Source of the DNA: Ophelia neglecta
Taxonomy: Eukaryota
DNA length: 64,000 nt
Assembly: GCA_965285935.1 (NCBI GenBank)
Contig: OZ260665.1
Location: forward strand, 53,072,001 to 53,136,000
Direction: 5' to 3'
The notes under the pieces: model-generated
Database searches by the model: none
What the model was told of the DNA's origin: nothing
Seen by the model: the letters and a program-made list of their open reading frames with translations, nothing else
Made by a program: the position numbers and the translations under genes
In this document: piece after piece, positions 29,201 through 41,200 of the stretch
How positions within the stretch are numbered: position 1 is the stretch's first letter
Layout: the number at the start of each line of letters is the position of its first letter

Positions 29201-32200
29201 TTTCGGTATTGGAATTATTAAAACAGTAATATAATTTCGCAGATGTTCGTCGTTGTGACCATCGGTTCGCAATTGGAAAACCTCTTTCTTGTACTTCCCC
29301 GCAATATCTGATAAATAAATGCGTTCCACGTTGAAACTGACGAAGCGCTGTGACTAATGTCAATAATTGTTTTACATGTCATTGATAGCAAAATGGAATT
29401 CAGCATAAATTAACAACGCAATTTGTTTTACAAGTGTACTGCGCAATAAGTACCATCGTGCACGCTGAATTCGTGAAGTCTATGTTTATAGGAAACCGGC
29501 GGTTACAAACGAACTGTACTAGGTCACCGATTCCTTCTTCACCTCATCATATAGCCTCCCTAGGCCTACATGTTAATTTATCTTTAATGTGAACAAAATA
29601 TAATTTATCTTTAATGTGAACAAAATTTATCTCAAGTGTCATTCAGGTGTTTTCCTCTGGTTTTGTACATTCGACATTTCCAATTTGACACGAAACCAAC
29701 ACTAATGGCCCCACAATAATTAGTTTTCCAAAAAAATAAATTAAAGTACATGGGGGGCAAACACTTCAGTGAATAGAACATACAGAACCAAAGAGTGACA
29801 CCAACCCCTGTATTGTAAATGTCAAAGGTTTTTTTTATGGTACTCTGTACTAATTATTCATTTCAGAAATGTAGATAAATAAGTTAATATACTAAAGGTA
29901 TGAATAATAGTTGGTTTAAAAAGAATAATATTCTGATTGTTCTTATCTTTGTAGTATAATTTTATTTTTAACAGCAACTTCACCTCATAGAGGGCAAGGA
30001 AATCAACTGGATTGGCGGCAAACCCCCAATTGACGAGCCTCCCTGTGGCTTTTTGGGAGAGAAGTGTATACCTGGACCAAGTAGGTGACTTTAACTCCCT
30101 TAAACCATTAAATAGTCTAGTAGCTAGTCTCCAGGAGAAGGCTGTACATATTAAATCTGTGTTCTTGTGCTAGCAATTAATTGTTTGTTGGACTCATATC
30201 AAGCCTCATATCACATTTTCGGGCAGTAAGAACTTTGGTGACACTACTCGAGTACAGATGGGCAGAATGCGGAATCACATTTTTTACACCCTAGCTGGGT
30301 ATCTGGTGTGTTTACTTAATGTTGGTAATCATAATTGTGTTGTGCATTTTGATAAAATGGCACCGTATGTATACGCTGAAAATCTTGTGACTATGGTGCC
30401 TTAGTAAAACAGAACAGGTTCCAAACTCCGATGTGTTGGTTATCAAAACGTCCTAACGACTATATGACTCCTTTGTCCCCTGATTTGAGTAGGCATTCTA
30501 GTTTGCTCAAAATGAAATACTTTTTTGTCAAGACTAATTATTTAATATACAGGGACATTCATCACTTTATATTCCGCAATTTCAGTAACTCCTGTAATGG
30601 TGCTCTAGATTTAAATTAGTTATACTCAATGCCTGGTTTCAGAGACGCTCAATATTTCCTGATTTATAATATGTATTTGTTACGTATGGAAAGTGCAATA
30701 GATTGTTTATTGCAAATATGTAGTTTTGGAGGATGATGAATAGGGAGTTTGGTTTTATTTCTTTTTTCTTGAAATTGTAGTTTATCATAAAGTGAAAAGC
30801 GGCCCGGAAATTGCTTCAAGACAAAGGCTTTTGAAAAATATAAGCCTACGAAAAAATAGCACTGAAAGAACTCTTGGGTACTCTAAAGGTAGACTGGGGT
30901 AGTCCAGCGAGGTCGATTCTCCGGGGTCAGTGCCCAAACAGTGTCCGGCTGTGCATTGCCTATGGCCTAAAACAATTACTTGGTTCCTGGGCAAGAACCT
31001 TTACCTCACGGTGTCTTTCACCACCCTGGAGATGAGTACATGAGTTCCTCACGAGAGAATGAATTAGATGCTGTAGTGCAAAGGTGATTGCTTCTTATTA
31101 TATTACATGCCCTGGGGTGGGGTTGGGGAGAGGGGGGGGGGGGGGAGAGTGCTCAGAAAAGAAATAGAAAGGCATCTTAATATGCCATGAGGGAATTTGT
31201 ACCGCCGTTTGAGCAGGCCTACCTTCGACCAAGACATTAAAAAGGGCTTTTGCACTCGCATGTATAATTGAATGACATGCCTGAAGTCAGGTTCACCGTG
31301 GCTTGCATGCTCGATCTTCTCATCACACCAATATAGCTCTGGTACACGGGGTTATAGGTCGGAGATATAATTTTACGAAATCGACATTGTATTTCATTTA
31401 CTATAAGCACAGAAACAATTATTTTTGTTTAATTGTAATAAACAACGTTAACTACAAATACAAATTATAATATTCCTGACTTTAGGAATACGCTACAAAA
31501 CAGTGGTTTTGGTTTCCTTCTCGGACTGTATCTCTTTTTCATTGGATAAATATGATACCTTTAATCTTGTACAGCGGTTATAAGACTCTCTTCTGTGTAA
31601 TTCAGTATCCAAGTTTTCATAAAATATAATACCCATTAGGATATTGTGAATACACCATGGGCAGTTTCGTCACGTGTGTATTGCTCGTTAGCCACGAAAA
31701 TTACATTTGTTAAAACAACCATTATCACTGAAAATGACGCCATAAGATAATGCCCTGCTGTAATTCAATTTACAGCGTAACATGATGCCATTTTGGGCTG
31801 GTGTTATGAAGCGTGGTGCTGAAAAACACCTTAATGCCATAACAGAAAAACGGTATTCAGATTTTATCACATCTATCACATAATACATGTACCCGTGTAC
31901 GTTTCACTTTTATAATAAGATGAAACTATATTAAACTACTTTCTTAAACGCATTCCGATAATTAGGAATTTACATTATACGATAGTAAACAGTTCTCAGA
32001 TTGCACACACGCGTACACACACACATATACAAATAATAATATTGAACATAGGTACCTGCATGCTTCGTAAAACATCATTCATAAATGAATAGATAATAAT
32101 GGCCTGTGGGCTTGTTGTGCATATTATGATCAATTATGCAAAAAGCGACATGTTTTATTGGAGGGATCGGACCTGAGTGATATTCGTACAGAGTCGAGTG

Positions 32201-35200
32201 CTTAATATGGTCTATAACATCAATAAAGAAGGGAGCGCTTTGCATTGAGTATTAAACCACGTGAATCTCAACAGGTAAAGTTAAAGTATATCAAAGTCTA
32301 CCAAAACTTAAACTAAACATCAGAAGGAATTACATTTATAATGGTATGAAGATGTCATGAAATAATATTCTAATATGACTCAGAGTGTCTTAAAATCAGA
32401 ACATATTTCTGCCTTTTCAAACATATTTCTTTTCGAGGGTAAATAGACAGGTTGCTTAATTGAGGCATATCTCTGTCGTTTAACAGTTCTATTACTCTTT
32501 TATGAGTTGGTTTGGCCCTGGAAAAAGGGTGCACATATAGCACATTCTAATAACGGTCAATATTGGACATACAAAGAAGTTATGTACAACGTCACGTTTG
32601 AAACCTCCGACTGAGCATAGACCGTATACAACCGAAGAGTTTTTTTTTATAAGAACATATCTCGATACCCTGTTCATGATTTCGGATCCAGTATCTTGAT
32701 ACCTCAATAGCGTATTGTTTACCCAGATATCTAACAGCCACTCTGCAGCTCAGAAAGGGATGTGACTCCCTTGGCGAGAGAAACTATATTGTCTGTTTTT
32801 CTTTTCATAACCACCTAGTCTAGAAATAAAACCAATAGGCCGATTGTTTCATTGCATAAGAAATGTGAAAAATATAATGGTGGCCAACAGGTGTGGGTTC
32901 TTACGCTTATATACATATTATGATATTGCGATATTTGCTGCACATTGATTAATACCTAATTCTTTTCTTTCATTGAACAGGTTACACAACTCAAATTGTT
33001 GGTGGAACCATTGGTGGCATTCTCTTCTTTCTGGTTGTAGCAGGCGTGATTTTGTACAGGTAATTGATTCGACTTAGGCAGCAACAATTTACTTTTAGCG
33101 CGTGCTGTTTAAACTAAACGTAAGTAGGCCTAAAAATATAGCACTACATGCTTGTGAGAAGATGAACTGAAGCCACGACGAAGGTTTTCAAAGCAAAAGC
33201 CAGGATCACCCTTTCTTGATGTTGCAAAACGCTGTCTCTTTGGTTTTCAGCGAACCAACTTTTTATGACCTTGTTACTTAATTAATACATCTCAGACTTA
33301 CTAGAACTTGCTACCATCAATTGTTTTCAAACTTCGTAGGGCTGTAATGTATCGAAACATCCGTGCACCTATATAAAATATGTTCAAACTTGAATCGCGA
33401 TGCAACTTCCGGTTTGTCCATTTCCAACAGGTAGAATGCAGGGCTACCTGTCTTGCTAGTATTGAACAAACAAATTTTGACAGACTGAAACGTAGACGAG
33501 TGATTACTGATTGCCGAGAATGAAAGTTATTGTGGTTTTCTGTTGTCGAGATTAACATTTAAGGTAGACAAAACATCAAACGCCAGGCCCACATGATGTT
33601 TCTTTCATAATTATACAATCTATTGTGCAGCCGATAGCAAGATTATTTCCCATCCTGAACAGGAAAACTATTTCTTAAGCGTTAAAATGAAACCAGACGT
33701 GTTTTTGCAGATCTTTAGTAGGAAACCATATGAAAAAGCCAGACGTCTTTTTGATCTGAACATAAAAGACCAAAATACGAATTAAGCAAGAGTAGGAAAC
33801 ATACCATTTCGGATGCCCAATCCACAGCAGTGCCTTTGATTTTAGAGTCTTCATGTCAAACAGATCACCATCATTTACGCCAGGAGACTATTCCTGCGTA
33901 AATAGTGTGGCGTTTATTTGCGCCATTTCTCTTGGATTTATTACTACCTGATCGGGCAACCCATGCATATACTGCACATGAATTCCATATCCTGGCTCAC
34001 GCGTGCTAGTTTATTACAGCCGGAAACTCATTTTTGAAAGTAAAATGTTGCTTTCATCAATCTTCTTTTACTCGGTCATCTTCTGTACTAATCATGATTA
34101 TGTTGTACATTTATTCATAGAAACTGGAAGTATGAACAAGAGTTGGCGAGTCTGTTGTGGAAGATTGATTATAAAGACATCTCTCTCAAAGTCCACCAGT
34201 CTCAGTATGGACAGTATAGTAGTGGCGCTACCTTTAGTGGAGGGGGACTGAGTCGGGTAAGAGGAATTAGGTCACCAGTTAAATACCGGCAAAATAATAC
34301 CAATAAAAATGAGAAGAATGGGTCGGAAGTCTTGCCCGAAAGTCAATGCATCAGTATAAATGAATATAAAAGTCAATTTCCTCGATGTTTAAATGTATTT
34401 TTGATAACAGATGGGTGGTGGTTTACGCGCCAGTATGATCTCACTGGCGTCTCAGGTAGATCTGGATCTCCGCCAGGTGTTTACAAGTGTCGGTACCTAC
34501 AAAGGAACCATCGTCGCCATCAAGCGCGTTAACAAACGCTACATCGACCTGACGAGAAGTGTGAGGAAAGAACTCAAATTGGTCAGTGTGTCCTCATTAA
34601 ATTTTAAATACAGGCCTATAGCGCTGTCTATTTTCTCTCCTACCGAACTCTTTCTTTATTAAATCAAACGTCGCTATCATGACAGTCCATCAGACTTACC
34701 GACCTTAAGAAGCCTTGAAGTAGGGACTGTCATGTGCAAAACCACCTACTTTTTGAAAAAGCAGCACGTCGCTGAGCAGCATTAGCATGGCGGGGACGAA
34801 TGAAGCGGAAAGTGATGAAAAGGAACCGCGGAAGGACGCCCAATTGCTAAACCCTTTTCCCAGTTAATGTCTTTTTAAAAGCTTTAACCCCCCGGATTTC
34901 TTTGCAGATTCGTGAAATTCGTCACGACAATTTGAACACGTTCATCGGCGCATGCGTTGATCCTGGTAACATCTGTATTGTAACTGAGTATTGTACAAAG
35001 GGGTCGCTACAGGACATATTGGCCAACGACGATTTCAAGTTAGACAACATGTTTATTGCCTCGTTGGTCTTTGATATAATAAAGGTTAGTCAGAAAAGGC
35101 TCATGGGCAGTTAATATAAAAGCCGTAGTCCTTCTGGTAGAACACTTTAAGGATTGTTGGTTGGTCTACGTATATTGGTTTATTATATAGTTCTATCTAA

Positions 35201-38200
35201 TATTGAATGCCATTTTGTTTTGCTTAAGGGAATGACCCACTTACACGACTCAGAGATTCGCTCACACGGTGCGCTGAAATCATCCAACTGCGTTGTGGAC
35301 AGTCGATGGGTTTTACGCATCACTGACTACGGCCTTTGGGAGTATAAAGAAGGTGCGGAGCCCGAACATGACTTCTCGGAGCATTCCTATTACCAAAGTG
35401 AGTAAGGTGTTGGTTTTTAATTGGGCAGCATGTTCACTGCTCAAGAGAAAAAAATAAAGTCTAAAGCAAGCCTTGGAGGTCACGTCTTCCAAGGATCGTT
35501 CAAATTGGCTGGTTATTTGCACAGCAATATATACTGACACTGTTATAATGGTGATATACGAGTAAAAAGCTAAGGCCACGATGGTTTTATCAAAGTCGAT
35601 GCCCAAATGTTATTAGAAATATCCTTTTAGTCTTTTATTATATAAACCAGAGCTATCATTTGATCATCTCTCTCTAGTGCAATTCGCCCCAAATACACTA
35701 GCCGAATGCCTAAATGAGTTTCTTGACAGTTATTGCGTTTCACATAAATCATCGGGTTATCAGATGTGGGGTATGTCTGGTGTTATAGGTTTGCTGTGGA
35801 CCGCTCCTGAGCTCCTCAGGGACACGGTGCGTGCCCGAGGGGGAACACAGAAGGGAGATGTCTTCTCGTTTGCCATCATCTTATTTGAAATTCATGGACG
35901 CTGCGGACCGTACGGAGACATAGACCTGACTCCTAAGGGTACATTCTTCTGAACTAAATTAGTGATTTATTATTATTTTCCACAACTTTGCTAGAATGAG
36001 ATTATCAACCAACATAAAGATAATCTGCAGTTGATTTGGCTTCTGGCCTGGCCAAGAGATACTAGTCATTTCATACATGTCTCCATTACTTGTCGTTGTT
36101 CATGCACCAAGTCCAATACAACCATTGTGCTTTTAAACAAAAATTAACCACATTGCATGCCAGGTAAGCTGTGATCACTGTTCGCGTTAGATTGCAATAA
36201 AATTGCGAATCTTTAGTCAGTTTAGAAGAAGACAAATTGTTTTAAGGATTGCACTAGAAACTATCAGATTAAAAACACTTGTTTTTTTTACCACCAATAA
36301 TTGCATTGGTTCTTGTTTAATTCATTATGTACCTGCATGCTCTTTAAGTCTTATATTATGAGAGGTCCGCGCAGTTTTTTTAACCCTTTATGTAACGAGA
36401 TCCTGATTAATTGTCCATTAAAAAAAGCTTCTTGTTGTGGCCTGGGTAGTCTGATAGGTCCTCAAAATGATCCATGTGTATGTAAGTTGAGACTTTGCTT
36501 GGCCCTTATGCAGAGATAATCCAGAGGATGATGAAGAGGGATAGCGGTGACATGCCCTTTCGTCCTAAACTCTCCGCCTTGGGAAGCTCACCAAAGTTCG
36601 TAACTGATTGTATCAAAGACTGCTGGAACACGGACCCTGCTCTTCGACCGGATTTTAAAACCATACGAAGACTACTCAAACCTATGCAAAAGGGGATGTG
36701 AGTAACAATGACGCCCTATTTTCTTTGGTAAATATCGCCAAGAAATATGCAGTGCAGCAAAATTAAAACTACCTTTACTGGCAGATTTTAGAAGCTCAGG
36801 TATTTATTAATAGTTTGAGCGCTAATGGGTATCCGGAAATTATCATTCTTGTAAATGTTTCTGTGAGGTTATCTATAGGAGATAGCAAATCGTAATTCGT
36901 GTGTCCTATTTAGTCGATCTTCTACCTACTTTTCCCCTGTTCTTTTTTTAACAAGTAGGACACACTTTCTTTTATATACACAGTAGCTGTCATAAGATGA
37001 ATTATTTGTTTGGTTTCTCCTGTCGCGAGATGTCTAGATTTCGTATATCTTTGTTACATCCTATCCATTACATATTGTCAGGGTAAAGCCACAAAATTTA
37101 ATACCCATTTGTCTTTCGTCCGAAGGAAGCCTAACATATTTGACAACATGATGGCGATAATGGAAAAATATGCTACCAATCTGGAGGAGATTGTCGAGGA
37201 GAGAACGGATCAACTTAGGGAAGAGAAAAAGAAAACCGAGGAATTATTGCACCAAATGTTACCATGGTATTTGCTCTACAATAAAAATACTGGATAAGCA
37301 TTAAGAAGCAGAATTCAGAAATACGATTTAGCAGTTTGTAATAGTTGAATAGTGCCGTTTTCTTTCTTATTAATCTGTATATGGGAATGCACTGGATGGC
37401 GCCGTTGGTGTTTGGGGAGGAGGGGCGATTTAGGATATTCATTTAAAATCAGTGTATATCTTTTTACCATGCTGTTCATTCAAATATTTTATTTCTAGGA
37501 CGGTGGCAGAACAGCTTAAACAAGGGAAGAGGGTGGAGGCGGAGGCGTTCGACTCAGTGACCATATATTTCAGTGATATTTGTGGATTTACATCGTTGTC
37601 GTCTGAGAGCACTCCGATGCAGGTCCTGCCCCATGCTTTGTGTTAAAAACAATGGGCCTAGACTTAAACATACCATTAGTACCGTCATTCTGCTTGCTTT
37701 ACATGTTTAATATTTATGTATACTAGGCCATATCTTATTTAGTATTTCTTATAGATATTTTTCAATTTACATAGTGAGGCATGTTTCCCTACTTTGTACA
37801 TAAACTTGGAAAGCGTCTTATTGCTGTGACTTTAATTGATATTATTATATGTTCACTTCGGATGCAGGTGGTAGATTTGCTGAACGACCTCTATACAACG
37901 TTTGACTCCATCATAGAGAATTATGACGTATACAAGGTAGAGACCATAGGAGATGCCTATATGGTAGTGAGTGGTCTGCCCAAAAGGAACGGGATACAGG
38001 TAGGAACTACAATAATAGATGTGCTGTGCTCGGTTGTGTCTAAGCACTTTCTCATTTTTCCACACACGCACGGTAGCGGCAGATACGGTAACCGTCATGG
38101 CGAGTCTCTTGAAAAATAGGCCGAAATAATTCCCTTGTTATTTTCATCTTGCTATATAACTCATGCATTGGAATCTTGTTCATGGGTATAGTTTCCCGAA

Positions 38201-41200
38201 CGCGAACCCGTCACTTTTGTTTTGAAATTGACATACAGGAGGAAATGGAGGACTTTGTATTTCTTTATACACTGTCACGAGATACAATATGTATAACGAA
38301 AGACAACTTAATATTGAAGATTCGCATACACAGATGGGGAAATTCTGGCGATATAATCACACTAAAATATTGCGGTTAGCCAATAAAGACATGGTATCTG
38401 ACGCTACCGAGCTCAATTGTGTGGGTGTGGTTTTCATGGTAATCGTGCATTGTACTGAATATGGTCCTAAAGAGTTAACATTCAGAGGGAGGAGGAGAGG
38501 TGAAAAGGCGGGGCGAGGGAAGGGGAGGGGGTCAGTAACCGGTTCTTCCAACTACAAGTTAACAGTAAGGGTCAAGGGGGCTGCATATGGTGGGATCTGC
38601 CCAGGATGATTAAAAACTTGGATATCCATAAGTTTTGCGGCAAAGATCCTCATATTGCACTGAGCCTGTCAAGCCTACTGTACTTATTTTTGGGTTATTT
38701 GTATGTGTGTATATCCAATATAGGCATATACTACATATATACATGTTTTAAGCAATAAGATGATCTGCCCCAAGAGCCAAGCCTTCATCATTAACACCTT
38801 TTCTACGTAATACTTATCATTAAGAAATATTGACTGATTAATTATGCAATACTTAGAGCGCAAGAAAAATAACAGATCGTTCATTCCATAAATGCATGCA
38901 TGTGTAATGGAAAAATAATACTTGTGAATTATTTTTATTCCCTGTACATGCCGGCGCCAGTCAATACATACTTTAAATGCGTGCTCCTTGACAGAGATTT
39001 TGAGTGCAGTAGGTTTCTTGTAATGAACTGAAACCCTTGAAAGCTCAAACGTGTGTTGGACACCTTCTGTAGTCCCGATCCTGTCTTATTAGCTCCATCG
39101 CCGGTGCTGCTGGTGACTTATTTTTGCTTGCCACGTTTCAGCACGCCGGAGAGATTGCATCCATGTCTCTACACCTGCTGCGAGAAATTGGAAAATTCCA
39201 GATCCGGCACAGGCCAAACGACACTTTAAAGCTGAGGATCGGCATACATTCTGGTGAGGCTACTTTGAACAGCATAATGTTCCTATCAATTGAACCTAAC
39301 ATTTTTTTTTAGTAAAATTGTATGTGAGAATAACATATAAAGCACATTAGCCGATTTGAATATTTGGTTCCTGGCACATAACAGTAATATCCAACTGGAC
39401 ACTCAATAAGTTCGTAAAAAAACATGAAACATACGTCCAGGTTCATGTTTAACTGGTTCATAAGCGTACCCATGATTAACTTACTGTTGGTCAAATAAAA
39501 GTCCGCGCCATTGTTTTATGTCTTGATCATTCCACGTTTTATGTTATCTGTCTAGCTGTATCAATGTGGACTTATAATAGAGTCCTCTACAATATCCGTG
39601 GTATATGAAGCCCCGCTTATATATCACAGGAAAACACTATATGTGACCAGGCTGATGTGTCAGCCGTCACCCGAGGCATTGATTATACGTGTATTAACCT
39701 TATACAGAAAAGATTAATATCGGGCGTCTAGCCACTTTTTATTCAGGCATTATTACTTCATAAACTATGATCCTGCCATGTATTTCATAAAGAATTTCAA
39801 TTGGGTCGCCTTCCATATGTCACGAGACTAAGAACACGAAGCCCGCGTAGACATCAACGTATTTTAAAGCTTTTGAGGTTATACATATTGCTTTACTGAT
39901 CTGCTGTTATAGATCAAACTTATTTGTTTCCAGGGCCGTGTGTGGCCGGAGTAGTAGGGCTGAAGATGCCTCGTTTCTGTCTGTTTGGTGACACCGTCAA
40001 CACGGCAAGCAGGATGGAATCCAACGGGCTAGGTATAGTAGTGGCTGAAAGTGTAAAAAGTAGTATAAACCATATCGAACCACACTCCATGTGATGGAAA
40101 TATTAAATACTTTGCCAGGTTTTAATATCATACAATGCATACACTTATTTATCGACATATATTATATGCGCATTAACCCCTCCGCAATGATTTTTTCTCG
40201 TTTGACAGTCATTGACCGAGCAAGACTTATGAAAGCTTTGTTCGTAGTAGTTTTTGTTTAGAATACCCCAGGCCCATATAGGCTATAGCGATGACGGCTC
40301 CTAGTGCCCATTTCATAATTGTGTTTCGCACAATTAACTAATTGGCTGAGTTGTTGAGTTTGTCTGGGAATATGATTCTATGCAGGTCTCTGAGTTTGCG
40401 AAGCTTTTTTAAGCAAAAAAAAAACAACAATGCCTTTCTGAGTTTGTTGTCTTCCAAGCTATGAAACCTCGTAAACGACTTCCGCACTAGGAAACACGTT
40501 CGTCGTTCTTCAATAGCCGAGAGCACTACACTCTTTTTTGTCTTCGTTTTACGAATATAAATGGCATATAATTATTATGTGATCATGACAAACAAGTATT
40601 GGGAATGGGCATATCATTCTTAGTATTGTCTTACCCGTAGGCTATGTTAAGTCTGTCCGAGAAGAATATTTAAGCGTATGAATATCAAAAATCCTTGTTA
40701 TTAGAAGTTGCTTAAAATATTGCTAACACGAAAAGAATTACTTGAGTTAGTCCTTAGTTGGAACTTGAATATTAACACACATGATCAAACCATCCTCAAA
40801 CGCTAAGATTTTACCATCTCAACCACACATCTCGAGTTTCACTGGGGCAAATGGCACTCTGTTGCGGCGAGGTGCAAAACAATGAGCTTACCAATTTAAA
40901 ATAAATGCAGAGGATAATTACGAAGTAGGCCACAGAAAACGACATGTGGTCAACTTAAACGAAATCATTACCCTCACTGTAAGGGCATTTTCAGAGAGGA
41001 ATGACACAAGACTGATTTTATATACATATACAGTTACATTGGTCCCGCACGAGGGTGTCCAGCAAGCTGAAAATTGCATCAGAACAGATACTATTCAGAA
41101 CAGATCGTTAGGATTCCCCTGCCTATCACACTGAGAATTGGGGCTTGTTTCATAAGCTAGGCCGCAAATCTGGTTTACCATCCAGGTTACTCCTAGAAAT

